Shown: piece after piece, positions 9,392-18,813 of the stretch
Position numbering within the stretch: the stretch's first letter is position 1
How the letters are laid out: each line of letters opens with the position of its first letter
Assembly: GCA_964354285.1 (NCBI GenBank)
Contig: CAYGYR010000001.1
Span: 326,424-390,423, forward strand
Length of the DNA stretch: 64,000 bases
Direction of reading: 5' to 3'
DNA from: an uncultured Methanosarcinales archaeon
GTDB lineage: Archaea > Nanobdellota > Nanobdellia > Woesearchaeales > ARS49
Notes under the pieces: generated by a model
What the model was told of the DNA's origin: nothing
Seen by the model: the letters and a program-made list of their open reading frames with translations, nothing else
The model's database searches: none
Translations under genes and position numbers: made by a program

Positions 9392-9969
9392 CTTGCCCTC
9401 TGTGTAAGCACTTTTTCAAACTCTTTTGTTTCTTTTTTCTTTATATCTTCTGAAGACATTTCCTCTTCTTTTTTCTCTTCCTTTTCGGCATCTGCCTTCA
9501 CATCTTTGGTTTTTTCTTTTTTGGCCTTCACGGTTTTCCCTGCTTTTTTGATTGCCAGCATCTCCTCGAATTTTTTGAGGTATTCTGCAGGATTTTTAAT
9601 TCCAATTATTTTTAAGCTGAGCGATGATGCCTTCTTGACAATCTCTGCTTTCTTTCTTATGCTGACTGCTGCCCCAATAATGACTGCGTGCACTGATTTA
9701 TTAAGCAATGATAAGTCTTGTGCATTATGAATTCTTATTGGCATGAGCCCTGAACTGTGAAGCCCACGGACATCACCCGGTGAACCATATCCGGGGTCTG
9801 CGGATGCAGGATGACCTTGGAAGCCATGGCGCATCTTGCTATGCTTTCCCCTCGGCTTGCGCCAGCTTGTCTTGCAAGCAGCCTTCCTCTTATGCCAGTC
9901 CTCTCTAAAAAAGTTAGGTGTTCTCTTCTTTAAGTTCTCTCTCTTCGCCAAGCTTTTTGCTATGCTCAT
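9388..9969 (-). CDS. rpl32e: 50S ribosomal protein eL32 with a K/E-rich C-terminal tail
   Basis: REDWHKRKAACKTSWRKPRGKHSKMR core. The tail reads KKEKTKDVKADAEKEEKKEEE. Confidence 0.85.
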   Translation of the reverse strand: MSIAKSLAKRENLKKRTPNFFREDWHKRKAACKTSWRKPRGKHSKMRHGFQGHPASADPGYGSPGDVRGLHSSGLMPIRIHNAQDLSLLNKSVHAVIIGAAVSIRKKAEIVKKASSLSLKIIGIKNPAEYLKKFEEMLAIKKAGKTVKAKKEKTKDVKADAEKEEKKEEEMSSEDIKKKETKEFEKVLTQRAR

Positions 9970-10508
9970 TTTAGTGGTTTGCCTGCTTTTTCAATAATGT
10001 AGATTCCATCCTGGAATACCCTTCTATCTTTTTTGCTGACAAATGTAAGGAGCTCCATTTCAGAAGATGCTGCCCCTGCAAGCTCCTTGTCAACAGACTC
10101 AACAGTTATGTCTTTTCCATCAACCTTGACTGTAACGCCCGGTTTTATTATCATTTTTCTAGGAACTTTCTCTCCAAGGAAATTCTTGACAAGTAAAGCA
10201 TTACCGCTAAGGTTGACAGTCATTGGGAAGTGCCCCGCGCACACCTTAAGCTTGTATACCCAAGGGGTCTGCACCCCTTTGAACATATTTGCCAGGTGTG
10301 CCATATAAGTATAAAGCATTTTTTTCTCTCTTTTTGTTGCTTTCTTGCAGACAAAAGTTACTTTTTTCCCCTCAACTTTTATTTCAACTCCAGGATAATA
10401 TAGCACCCGCTTCACAGCTCCCTTTGGGCCTTTGACAGCGACTTCCTTTCCTATGCTTACCTGAACTCCATCAGGAATTTCCATCTCTTCTTCAATGCGT
10501 GTTTTCAT
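9966..10508 (-). CDS. rpl6: 50S ribosomal protein uL6
   Basis: Two-domain uL6 pattern (VKGPKG..., KVDGKDITVE). Position between S8 and L32e. Confidence 0.85.
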   Translation of the reverse strand: MKTRIEEEMEIPDGVQVSIGKEVAVKGPKGAVKRVLYYPGVEIKVEGKKVTFVCKKATKREKKMLYTYMAHLANMFKGVQTPWVYKLKVCAGHFPMTVNLSGNALLVKNFLGEKVPRKMIIKPGVTVKVDGKDITVESVDKELAGAASSEMELLTFVSKKDRRVFQDGIYIIEKAGKPLK

Positions 10509-10510
10509 GT

Positions 10511-10912
10511 TTAGTAGCAGTATGCTATCAGCTTGCCCCCTGTTTTTTTCTCCCGGGCCTCGCTGAGAGTCATCAGACCTTTTGGTGTTGAGATTATTAT
10601 TATGCCAACTCCTTCTGCAGGAAGATATCTTTTCTCAAATTTTGTGAACTCACCAAGCATTGCAGCGAACCTTGGTTTTACGACACCGCACTTGTTAATG
10701 CTTCCGAGAAGGTGCAGTTTTATGAAGCCGCCTTTAACATCAGTCATCTCTTCAAACTGGCCTACATAGCCATGCGTATTTAATATGGCTAGCACCTGCT
10801 TAATTATTTTAGATACTGGATTAAGGACTATTTCTTTCTTGCTTGACTTCTCGTGGTTCAGTATCGCCGACATCGCGTTTGCCAATACATCATGATTCAT
10901 TTTTTTTAGCAC
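10511..10912 (-). CDS. rps8: 30S ribosomal protein uS8
   Basis: DVLANAMSAILN...IISTPKGLMTLSEAREKKTGGKLIAYCY, the uS8 C-terminal signature. Confidence 0.85.
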   Translation of the reverse strand: MLKKMNHDVLANAMSAILNHEKSSKKEIVLNPVSKIIKQVLAILNTHGYVGQFEEMTDVKGGFIKLHLLGSINKCGVVKPRFAAMLGEFTKFEKRYLPAEGVGIIIISTPKGLMTLSEAREKKTGGKLIAYCY

Positions 10913-11143
10913 CTAGCTGTATTTTTTAAAACCCATCTTTGTTACGATCTCTCTAAGGCAGTGCCTGCATAAATCCAGGCCATACTTGCTTGTGTGACCA
11001 CCATATCTGCCGCACTGCGCGCATTTCTTTTTTGCGACTCCTGTGGCACGCACCTTTGGCGCGTTATGCTTGATATACTTCTTTAACTTTACAGGCTTGG
11101 CTTTTAGCTGCCTGAATGCTTTTCTCCAGTCTTTTATTGTCAT
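10913..11143 (-). CDS. rps14: 30S ribosomal protein uS14 (Zn-ribbon type)
   Basis: CAQCGRYGGHTSKYGLDLCRHCLRE zinc-binding motif. 76 aa. Confidence 0.85.
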   Translation of the reverse strand: MTIKDWRKAFRQLKAKPVKLKKYIKHNAPKVRATGVAKKKCAQCGRYGGHTSKYGLDLCRHCLREIVTKMGFKKYS

Positions 11144-11655
11144 GCTTCCTCACCAACGCGCACATTGTATTCTTTTTGCATGAACGTTATTGCTTCTTGC
11201 TTTGTAACAATATGCTTCTTTGATATTTTCTTCTGAGCAAGCTTTCTTCGCTTTATCCTATAGCCTGGCTTTTCAAGCGAGACGCAAACCTGCAGCCCCA
11301 TGATTCCTATTTTAGGATCATAAGCAACTCCAGGGATGTCAATGTACTCAGTTATTCCGAAAGAGATGTTTCCCGCATCGTCAAACTGTGAATCCTTAAG
11401 CTTCAATTCTTTTGCCTGCAGCAGCCGTTTCAGCAAATCAATCGCTGCCGCCTTTCTAAGAGTCAATTTGCAGCCAATTGGCAAGCCAGGCCTTAAGCCC
11501 CACTCAGGAATCCTTTTCTTTGTAACTGTCTTGATAGGATCGATGCCTGTTATTGCTTTGATAAGGACAATTCCTTTCTCTAGCTTAGTCTGGTCTTTGC
11601 CAGCCCCTATGTTAAGGGTTAATTTCTCTATCCTTGGTAATTGCATGGGATTCAT
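11140..11655 (-). CDS. rpl5: 50S ribosomal protein uL5
   Basis: uL5-type sequence (NPMQLPRIEKLTLNIGAG...). Position. Confidence 0.85.
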   Translation of the reverse strand: MNPMQLPRIEKLTLNIGAGKDQTKLEKGIVLIKAITGIDPIKTVTKKRIPEWGLRPGLPIGCKLTLRKAAAIDLLKRLLQAKELKLKDSQFDDAGNISFGITEYIDIPGVAYDPKIGIMGLQVCVSLEKPGYRIKRRKLAQKKISKKHIVTKQEAITFMQKEYNVRVGEEA

Positions 11656-11656
11656 T

Positions 11657-12346
11657 TTAGTTTAGGCTTATTAGCTCCTTGTCTTTGCCGATAACAAACA
11701 CGTACTCTTTACGCGTGTTTCTCTTTTCCTTACCTGCTGAGTATGTGACTTTGTTGCCTTCAATGCTCTCAACAACGCCTTTTGAACTGACACGCGTGCC
11801 TCCTGTGATAAAGATGAGCGCGCCATTTTCCAGCTTGATGTGCTGGACAATCTTTTGTGAAGGAAGATCAATCAAGAGGCTGTCTCCCGGCACGTACTCG
11901 CATTTTTCAACAAGCAAATTTCTGTTGCCTGACAGGTTCAGCTGGATTTTGCCTTTCTTGATGACTTTTTTGCCATTTATCCTACAAAGCTTAAGGACTG
12001 CCTCTGCCACGTTCTTAATTGGCAATAGCTTTAGCCTTCCTTTATAGTCAAGTATAACTCTGAAGCTTTCTTTTGTCACAGGTATTGACAGCGCATCCAT
12101 GAAGCCGACAGGGAACCTGTGGTCCTTTACCCTTCTGTTGTCAACCAATACTTCTTTTGTATTGAGTATTTTTTTAATCTCCCTGGTAGTTTTGGCATAG
12201 CCAAGCTGCCTTAGCAAAAGAGCAATAGGCATTCCAAACTTCAGGGGGTGAGCGCCAGGATTTGGCCGCACTACGAAGGTCTCCGTCTTTCTCAAAAGCG
12301 TCCAGCTTTTTGGTGCAACGTATCTTTTAAGGTATCCTTTGCTCAT
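11657..12346 (-). CDS. rps4e: 30S ribosomal protein eS4
   Basis: KGYLKRYVAPKSW..., the eS4 N-terminus and KOW region. Position between L24 and L5. Confidence 0.85.
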   Translation of the reverse strand: MSKGYLKRYVAPKSWTLLRKTETFVVRPNPGAHPLKFGMPIALLLRQLGYAKTTREIKKILNTKEVLVDNRRVKDHRFPVGFMDALSIPVTKESFRVILDYKGRLKLLPIKNVAEAVLKLCRINGKKVIKKGKIQLNLSGNRNLLVEKCEYVPGDSLLIDLPSQKIVQHIKLENGALIFITGGTRVSSKGVVESIEGNKVTYSAGKEKRNTRKEYVFVIGKDKELISLN

Positions 12347-12714
12347 TTTGTCCTCTTAATCCTTTTTTTATCACTCATGTTTAGCTCTTGAATCATTAAT
12401 TTTGATGGGACGATCGGGTAAAGTGTTTTGCTGCCGTCTTTCTTGACAGTCTCAATGCCTGTTATGAAGACTTTTGCATATTTCACGCTAATGCGCTCCA
12501 CTTTTCCAGTTTTGCCCCTGAAACTGCCTGACATTATTTTTACTGTATCCCCTTTTCTGATGCGCATGCTTCTGGTGCCATGTTTTTTCCTAAGCTCTGG
12601 AGCTAGATGGCTGCCAAGGAACTGGCTTTTTACGTGAAGCGGAGCTCCGTACACGTATTTTCTCTGTTTATTTGGTTTTTTGCTTGATTTCCAGCTAGCT
12701 GACCATCTTTTCAT
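12343..12714 (-). CDS. rpl24: 50S ribosomal protein uL24
   Basis: KOW motif MRIRKGDTVKIMSGSFRGKTGKVERI. Confidence 0.85.
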   Translation of the reverse strand: MKRWSASWKSSKKPNKQRKYVYGAPLHVKSQFLGSHLAPELRKKHGTRSMRIRKGDTVKIMSGSFRGKTGKVERISVKYAKVFITGIETVKKDGSKTLYPIVPSKLMIQELNMSDKKRIKRTK

Positions 12715-12722
12715 TTTTGCAC

Positions 12723-13124
12723 CTATACTGCCATGCTTACTATTTTTGCAACGTTAGGCCACCTTTCGCAGACCTCTCTGGCAACAGGCCCCTTGATCAT
12801 GGTTCCTTTAGGGTTGCCAAGTTCGTCTTTAAGTACTATTGCAGCATTATCCTCAAATTTTACTCTTGTTCCATCAAGCCTTCTGAATTCCTTTTTTTGC
12901 CTTGCAATAACTGCAATGACGACTTGCTTTCTCATATCAGGTCTTCCTTCAACAACAGATGCTGTTATCTTGTCGCCAATGCCTGCTGCCCCATACCTTC
13001 CTCTTTTTGTCTTGTGACCGAATGTACTTATGACTTTCAAAATCCTTGCACCCGAATTATCGCAGGCGAAAATATTTGCACAATGAGGAAGCACTCTCCC
13101 TATTGATGCTTTGACTGCTTTCAT
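12723..13124 (-). CDS. rpl14: 50S ribosomal protein uL14
   Basis: CDNSGARILKVIS...ASVVEG, a strong uL14 signature. Confidence 0.9.
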   Translation of the reverse strand: MKAVKASIGRVLPHCANIFACDNSGARILKVISTFGHKTKRGRYGAAGIGDKITASVVEGRPDMRKQVVIAVIARQKKEFRRLDGTRVKFEDNAAIVLKDELGNPKGTMIKGPVAREVCERWPNVAKIVSMAV

Positions 13125-13507
13125 TTTTCTTCCTCCACTTCTTTAGCCTCGTCCTTCTTCTTTTTCTTAACCTTCGCCTCTGCCATCAGCCCTTCCTTCT
13201 CTGCAAACAGGCGCTCTTTTCCTATTTTTTCTAAAATAACAAAATGTTTTGTTTTGCTTAATGGCCTGCATTCCGAAATTTTAACCACGTCCCCTTTTTT
13301 CGCGGCAACGCAGTCGGGATTATGTGCTTTGAGTGATGTTGTCTTTTTTTCATATCTTTCAAACTTGGTTACATATTTCAGCCAGCCCCATTCAACAACC
13401 ACAGTTTTCTGCATTTTTTCAGCAACAACAATGCCTGTGAATATTCTGCCTCTAAGGCTTAAGCTACCATGATTCGGACAATTTTTGTCATTACATTTTT
13501 CTGTCAT
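13121..13507 (-). CDS. rps17: 30S ribosomal protein uS17 with a K/E-rich tail
   Basis: RGRIFTGIVVAEKMQKTVVVEW OB-fold signature. C-terminal KVKKKKKDEAKEVEEEK. Confidence 0.85.
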   Translation of the reverse strand: MTEKCNDKNCPNHGSLSLRGRIFTGIVVAEKMQKTVVVEWGWLKYVTKFERYEKKTTSLKAHNPDCVAAKKGDVVKISECRPLSKTKHFVILEKIGKERLFAEKEGLMAEAKVKKKKKDEAKEVEEEK

Positions 13508-13770
13508 TTTGCACCTTTGATTCTTTCCTCAGGTGATCCCCTGAGGAGTTCGCCCTTGATATCAACTTTTTTCCCCAGATACATTATCTGGAAATCGCTT
13601 CCTTTCTTCGGAAGCTTTTTGTGACCTTTTGGCGTGTCGATGATGACCCAGTATTTGGTCTCATCAACCACTTTGCCTGAGATGCCAAGATTTGCCTTGT
13701 TCTTGGCAGCTGTAACCTTGATTGGACGACCTATTAGCTCGTCCCTTGTAATATCGGGAAATTTTGGCAT
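13504..13770 (-). CDS. rnp1: RNase P protein component Rpp29 (Rnp1)
   Basis: ELIGRPIKVTAAKNKANLGISGKVVDETKYWVII matches the Rpp29 core. Conserved position between S17 and SUI1. Start trimmed to the ATG at 13770, which removes the overlap with sui1. Confidence 0.7.
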   Translation of the reverse strand: MPKFPDITRDELIGRPIKVTAAKNKANLGISGKVVDETKYWVIIDTPKGHKKLPKKGSDFQIMYLGKKVDIKGELLRGSPEERIKGAK

Positions 13771-13771
13771 C

Positions 13772-14110
13772 TTATCTTGACAGCACGATCGTCTCCGGCG
13801 CAAAACCGGATTCAATCAGCACGCCTTTGATCTTCAGCAGGTGCTTTTGCTCAGCAGCAAGCGTCTGACCGCCTGCGCCCTGCAGTTCAATGACGTTTTC
13901 CTTGACCGTGCCTCCGCACGCAAGGAGTGCCTTGAATTTTTTTGCCAACTGCTCAAGGTCAATCTCTTTTGGGTCAATTCCTTCAATGACTGTGTACTTT
14001 TTGCCAAACTTTTTCTTCTCGACCCTGACGATGATTTTTTGTGTCTCCTTAGCTATGCTTTCACAGACGCATAGCTCTTTTGGTAAGCCACATCTTGGGC
14101 ATACACTCAT
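13772..14110 (-). CDS. sui1: translation initiation factor SUI1/aIF1
   Basis: [14 protein letters not shown]-terminal zinc ribbon plus the SUI1 fold ([21 protein letters not shown]). Confidence 0.85.
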   Translation of the reverse strand: MSVCPRCGLPKELCVCESIAKETQKIIVRVEKKKFGKKYTVIEGIDPKEIDLEQLAKKFKALLACGGTVKENVIELQGAGGQTLAAEQKHLLKIKGVLIESGFAPETIVLSR

Positions 14111-14310
14111 GCTTTTTTTATGACCTCCTTGCCTGCAAGGAGCATTTTTATCCTTGCTATTGATTTTTTTGCAAGCCTTATCCTGCTAGGATTTTTTGGG
14201 ATTGTTCCTGTGGCGACCTGCGCGTTATCTTTAATTAGGTCTTTTCGAATATCATTAAGCTTTATTTTTAGTTCTTCTGCAGGCATTGCTTTAAGTTCCT
14301 TGAATTTCAT
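14107..14310 (-). CDS. rpl29: 50S ribosomal protein uL29
   Basis: [25 protein letters not shown], the classic uL29 N-terminus. Confidence 0.85.
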   Translation of the reverse strand: MKFKELKAMPAEELKIKLNDIRKDLIKDNAQVATGTIPKNPSRIRLAKKSIARIKMLLAGKEVIKKA

Positions 14311-14969
14311 TTCTTCTCCTCTTCTTTCTCATCTGAAGCCTTGGGCTTTGGTTTTTCTTCAGTCAACACTTCCTCTTGCTTGAGCTCGATATCATCAGGC
14401 AGTTTGACATCAGGAGGAAGTATCTTAACTTTTACCCCGACAGTCCCTGACTTCAGCTGTGCAGACGCATTGGCATTCCTCATTCCTGTGAGAGCTATGC
14501 TTCCGCTCTTTTTCAAGTAGCCTGAATAAAATCTCCAGCTTTTTGCACGCGCGCTCGGTACTTTTCCAGATATAATGATTTCTATGCCCAGGGCACCAGC
14601 ATTCATGACATCTGACATGGTCTTGTGGCCAATGGCCTTGAATTTCTGGGTGCCAAACCTCTCAAGTGTTGATGCAATCCTTTCGGCAACTATCTGCGCA
14701 TCAAGCAATGGCTGCTCAACCTCTGAAATCTCAATCTGCGGGTTCTCAAGACCGAACTTCTTTTTCAGCGTGGCTGTCAGCTTTTTGATGTTCTCGCCCT
14801 TTCTTCCAACAACAAGGCCTGGGCGTGACGCAAAAATGACTATTTTTTCACCAAGAGGAGTCCTGACTAGTTTCGTGTGCGAGTGCCCCACATTCTTCAG
14901 TGTTTTAGCTATATAATCCTGAATCTGGTACTCCTTGAATTTCTCCCGCACAAACTTTCTTTCAATCAT
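14307..14969 (-). CDS. rps3: 30S ribosomal protein uS3
   Basis: KH domain (FVREKFKEYQIQDYIAKTL...) with a K/E-rich C-terminus. Position. Confidence 0.9.
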   Translation of the reverse strand: MIERKFVREKFKEYQIQDYIAKTLKNVGHSHTKLVRTPLGEKIVIFASRPGLVVGRKGENIKKLTATLKKKFGLENPQIEISEVEQPLLDAQIVAERIASTLERFGTQKFKAIGHKTMSDVMNAGALGIEIIISGKVPSARAKSWRFYSGYLKKSGSIALTGMRNANASAQLKSGTVGVKVKILPPDVKLPDDIELKQEEVLTEEKPKPKASDEKEEEKK

Positions 14970-15418
14970 TTTTTGCCCTCTTTCTTAACCTTTCTCTCCT
15001 CTAGCACAATTTCAACGTGATTCCTCTTTATCCTGCGCCTGGACTGCCTTCCATAATGCCATGTTTTCGGGCCCTGCTGTGTGGTTATGTGTTTTACAAT
15101 GAGATCTGCTGTGCTAAGGCCCTTGAACTGGGCATTTGCTTCTGCTGACTCAAGCAGCCCAAGTATGTGCGCGCATGTTTTTGCAGGATATCTTCCCGCA
15201 GCCATGCCTGGCTTGTGGCCTGGCCCGTTAGGGTATCTTGTGAAAGGCACTGCTTTTGCAAGATTAATTACTTCTGTGAGCATCTTTTTTGCTTTCTGGA
15301 GGCTCTTGCCCCGGATGAACTGGCAGACTACTATTGACTTTTTCCTCGATATCGGCAAAGACATGCCGACAGCTTTCGCACAGTTTTCTCCAGCAGCTGT
15401 TGAATACAGGTAAGCCAT
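14966..15418 (-). CDS. rpl22: 50S ribosomal protein uL22
   Basis: uL22 pattern (AKAVGMSLPISRKKSIVVCQFIRGKSLQKAKKML). Position between S19 and S3. Confidence 0.85.
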   Translation of the reverse strand: MAYLYSTAAGENCAKAVGMSLPISRKKSIVVCQFIRGKSLQKAKKMLTEVINLAKAVPFTRYPNGPGHKPGMAAGRYPAKTCAHILGLLESAEANAQFKGLSTADLIVKHITTQQGPKTWHYGRQSRRRIKRNHVEIVLEERKVKKEGKK

Positions 15419-15422
15419 TTCT

Positions 15423-15803
15423 TTACCTCACCGACAAGCTCGCGCTTGACCTTGTGGCGCCAATACCTGGAGATGAGTGCGCAACTTTCTTTCTAGTCTG
15501 CGTGAACTCCCCGAGGCGGTGACCGAGCATCTCGTCTGTAATTTTAGTCATAGTAAATTCTTTTCCATTATGAATCTTTATTATTCTTCCAACCATTTCT
15601 GGAATAATTATCATGTCCCTGCAGTGCGTTTTCGGGTCTTTTTTCTCTTCCCTTATGCATTTCAGGAGCGTTTTCTGCGGTTCTGTGAACCCACGCTTGA
15701 TGGTTCTTCGTTCTCTGGCAGGAAGCATTTCTGCAAACTCCCCAAGAGATAACTTCTTTATTTCATCGAATGTTTTCCCTCGGTAAGTGAAAATCTTTGC
15801 CAT
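15423..15803 (-). CDS. rps19: 30S ribosomal protein uS19
   Basis: [41 protein letters not shown], the uS19 signature. Confidence 0.9.
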   Translation of the reverse strand: MAKIFTYRGKTFDEIKKLSLGEFAEMLPARERRTIKRGFTEPQKTLLKCIREEKKDPKTHCRDMIIIPEMVGRIIKIHNGKEFTMTKITDEMLGHRLGEFTQTRKKVAHSSPGIGATRSSASLSVR

Positions 15804-15805
15804 GC

Positions 15806-16519
15806 TTATTTCCTCCTGCCTGTCCTTCTAGGCCAGAGCTTGCCGACTTTCTGGCCAGGCTGCGCGAAGTGATTGCAAGCTATTTGTTTTGCTTTTCTTG
15901 CAGTACGCTTGTTACCAAATGGATGGTCCACAGCGTTCATAGCGCATGCCCTGCTTCTTGGGTAAAGCTTGTTTTTTGCTCTTTTCTTATAAAACATGTG
16001 GCCTGCCTTGAGGATTGGTTTTTCCCTTCTTCCTCCGGCAGCAATCGTGCCGATGCACGCCCTGCATTTTAATATGAAATTTCTTTCTTTTTTTGAGGGA
16101 AGCAAGACTGTTGCCGAGCCATCTTTCTTTGCAGTCATCCTTGCATTTGTGCCAGATGCCCTGCAGAATTTTCCGCCGTCTCCTGGCTGGCTTTCTATAT
16201 TATATATTGGTGTTCCTTCAGGAATATTCGCAAGAGGCAGTATGTTTCCAGGCATTACCTGCGCCTCTGGCCCTGCCGCGACAGTATCTCCAACCCTAAT
16301 TCCATCTGGAGCCAACAGCAAGCAGGTCTCAGCATCAGCATATCTTACCTGCATCAAAGGAGCAGAGTGTCCTGCGCAGTGGATGAGGTCAATAATTGTG
16401 CCAGTAATAGTTCCTTCCTTCAGGCTCTTCAGCTTGATGTCTCCTTGGAAGTTAAAGCTAGGCGACCTGTATCTCGGGCCTCCCTTGCCTCTTGCCTGCT
16501 GAATAAGATTTTTTCCCAT
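15806..16519 (-). CDS. rpl2: 50S ribosomal protein uL2
   Basis: [24 protein letters not shown] and [23 protein letters not shown], the uL2 signatures. Confidence 0.9.
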   Translation of the reverse strand: MGKNLIQQARGKGGPRYRSPSFNFQGDIKLKSLKEGTITGTIIDLIHCAGHSAPLMQVRYADAETCLLLAPDGIRVGDTVAAGPEAQVMPGNILPLANIPEGTPIYNIESQPGDGGKFCRASGTNARMTAKKDGSATVLLPSKKERNFILKCRACIGTIAAGGRREKPILKAGHMFYKKRAKNKLYPRSRACAMNAVDHPFGNKRTARKAKQIACNHFAQPGQKVGKLWPRRTGRRK

Positions 16520-16528
16520 GTTTTATCC

Positions 16529-16786
16529 CTACATCAAGCCAAGATTTGTTGCTATGTCAATTGCAGGTGTTTCCTTGCTGAACTTGACATAAGCCCGCTT
16601 CTGGCTTTTTAAAATGGATATGTTTACTTTCTCTACTTTCGCCTTGAACATTCCCTCAATGGCTTTCTTTATCTCTTCTTTAGTTGCCGAGTTTTCGACT
16701 ACGAAAATCATCTTGTTTTCTGATTCCATTAGCCTGATCGATTTTTCAGTCGCCAACGGGTATTTGATTACTTTGTCTGTTTCCAT
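16529..16786 (-). CDS. rpl23: 50S ribosomal protein uL23
   Basis: KYPLATEKSIRLMESENKMIFVV, the uL23 pattern. Position. Confidence 0.85.
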   Translation of the reverse strand: METDKVIKYPLATEKSIRLMESENKMIFVVENSATKEEIKKAIEGMFKAKVEKVNISILKSQKRAYVKFSKETPAIDIATNLGLM

Positions 16787-16787
16787 T

Positions 16788-17594
16788 TTACGTGAATAAG
16801 TTTTCCTTCTCCAGTTTCTCTATTGCTGAATTTGTGAATAGCGTGAGCCTTCCCGGATGCGCCCCTGGTGCAAGCAGCTTTGCATTTACATTCTTGATTT
16901 CAACAATGTCCAACCCAGGTATGTTTTTTGCTGCCTTGAGCAAGTCACAATCACCGCTAACGACAAGCAGAGGGCCCTTGCTTTGCTTGTATCTCCTTCC
17001 TCTTGTTTTGCCTATCCCTGCCCTTATGTTTCTCTTGCCTCCTCTCTCGAGGTCAGCTGCCAAGCCTATTTTTTCCAGAGCAGCAAGGACTTCTTTTGTC
17101 TTAACAAGCTTTTCAAAATCAGTTGCTATAAGGAAAGGGAATTTCTCAGGAAGCGCATGGCCTCTTTCTGCAACTATCTTTTTGTCCATGGTTGCCGCAA
17201 GCGCAGACCTTACTGCTTTTCTCCTCTCTTTTTCATTTATTTTTTGAGCATAAACCTTCTCTACTTTTGGCGGGAATGCCCTTCTTCCTTTAACAGCGCC
17301 CGAGATAAGTGCGGCTGTCCAGTTGAACTGGGTTCCTCTCTTAGTCATAACTTTTCTTGGAACTCTTGATATTCCGTGGCCGTAGCAGCCTCTGTATTTT
17401 CTTCTCCTCTTTGAGACAGGAGCGACTGCTTTCATGCCCGCTCTTGGGTCAGGGCCATAAGCCTGCCTGTTATGGGAAGCGATTGCATCTACTGCGCGCC
17501 TTATCAAATCAATTCGCACAGGCTCTGAGAACTGTGCCGGAAGCTTTTTCTTTCCGACTTCTGTGTTTTGCAGCGAGATTATTTTAAGCTCCAT
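16788..17594 (-). CDS. rpl4: 50S ribosomal protein uL4
   Basis: uL4 family features (APVSKRRRKYRGCYGHGISRVPR). Start set to the MELKII ATG at 17594, immediately after the uL3 stop. Confidence 0.85.
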   Translation of the reverse strand: MELKIISLQNTEVGKKKLPAQFSEPVRIDLIRRAVDAIASHNRQAYGPDPRAGMKAVAPVSKRRRKYRGCYGHGISRVPRKVMTKRGTQFNWTAALISGAVKGRRAFPPKVEKVYAQKINEKERRKAVRSALAATMDKKIVAERGHALPEKFPFLIATDFEKLVKTKEVLAALEKIGLAADLERGGKRNIRAGIGKTRGRRYKQSKGPLLVVSGDCDLLKAAKNIPGLDIVEIKNVNAKLLAPGAHPGRLTLFTNSAIEKLEKENLFT

Positions 17595-17595
17595 T

Positions 17596-18582
17596 TTATT
17601 GTTTTGCCTCTTGACTGATATAAACGATTGCAGGCGCATGCGTGAATATTTTTTTGTTTGGTCTTACTGCCATTGTGATCTTGATAAGCCTCTTTGGAGG
17701 GCCTGATATAGAGCCCTTGACAAGAAGGTACTTGTTTTTTATGACGCCATATCTGATAAAGCCGCCTTTTGCGTTTATCTCCTCTGTCTTGTCGCTGATT
17801 TTCAGTATTATCTTGTTATAATCCGTTCGCTGGTGGAATCCCATCTGGCCTGCGTGCGCAACCCTGTTATAGTCTGTGCCGTGCCATGGGCCGATGTTAC
17901 CAGGGCCTCTTTTTGTCTTCTCAGATTTATGGCTCCTTATGGCAACGCCAAATCTTTTTACAGGGCCTTGGTAGCCTTTTCCTTTTGTTATTGTGTGAAT
18001 ATCAGTTTGCTGGCCCTCTACAAAAACATCTGTGAGGGATATTTCTTTTCCAAGAACTTTTTTTGCATACTCAAGCTGTGATGCAAGATGTTCCCCGCCA
18101 ATTGCAAGTTCAAAGAGCTCTGGTTTTTTCTTTCCAATGCCCGTAAGTTTTGGCTGAGTATGAACAAGGAGCATGATTTCAGAGTAATCCTCTGGTTTTA
18201 TTTCCTCTATCTTTTTTTGTTTTTTTGGCAGAGGCATTGTTCTGCCGAGTTCTTTATCAAGTTTTTCAGCAAGAACAAGGGATGATGTGCAAGGGCCATA
18301 AAGAGTTTGACGGTAGAAAACTATTCCCGCAACCTTGATTGGCGGGCATTCAATGATTGTGACAGGCCACGAGATATCCTCACCCTTGGTTATTGCGTTT
18401 GGCCGGTTGTCAGTTATTATCATGTGAGTCATGCCAACTTTGTAGCCGGCAAAGCATAGTGGCTTTGTGTCTTTTGTTTTAGCCCAGCACCTAATTCTAG
18501 CTAACATGCTCTTGGCCCTTTTTCTGGGCCAGAATTGCATTGATCCTCGTCTTGGACTTCTGGTTCTAGGCATATAACTCAC
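17596..18582 (-). CDS. rpl3: 50S ribosomal protein uL3
   Basis: PRRGSMQFWPRKRA...FAGYKVGMTHM, the uL3 signature. First gene of the operon. Confidence 0.9.
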   Translation of the reverse strand: MSYMPRTRSPRRGSMQFWPRKRAKSMLARIRCWAKTKDTKPLCFAGYKVGMTHMIITDNRPNAITKGEDISWPVTIIECPPIKVAGIVFYRQTLYGPCTSSLVLAEKLDKELGRTMPLPKKQKKIEEIKPEDYSEIMLLVHTQPKLTGIGKKKPELFELAIGGEHLASQLEYAKKVLGKEISLTDVFVEGQQTDIHTITKGKGYQGPVKRFGVAIRSHKSEKTKRGPGNIGPWHGTDYNRVAHAGQMGFHQRTDYNKIILKISDKTEEINAKGGFIRYGVIKNKYLLVKGSISGPPKRLIKITMAVRPNKKIFTHAPAIVYISQEAKQ

Positions 18583-18813
18583 TCGTGAAAAAGCATATTA
18601 CCTTAGGTTGTTGCATGTAATACGCTGAAAACCCTGTAGCTTACAGGATTGCCCCCTGACAAAACCCTCGCGAAGCTTTCATAGAAGTCAGAGTAAATGT
18701 ATGCCACCTCCTGACGTTTGTACTGAAAGCTTCTTTTCAGGCTAGTCGGATTTGTTTAAGAAACCATGGTTTATTTATAAAGATTACTATCCGCAGGTAA
18801 GCACTAAGTTAGT

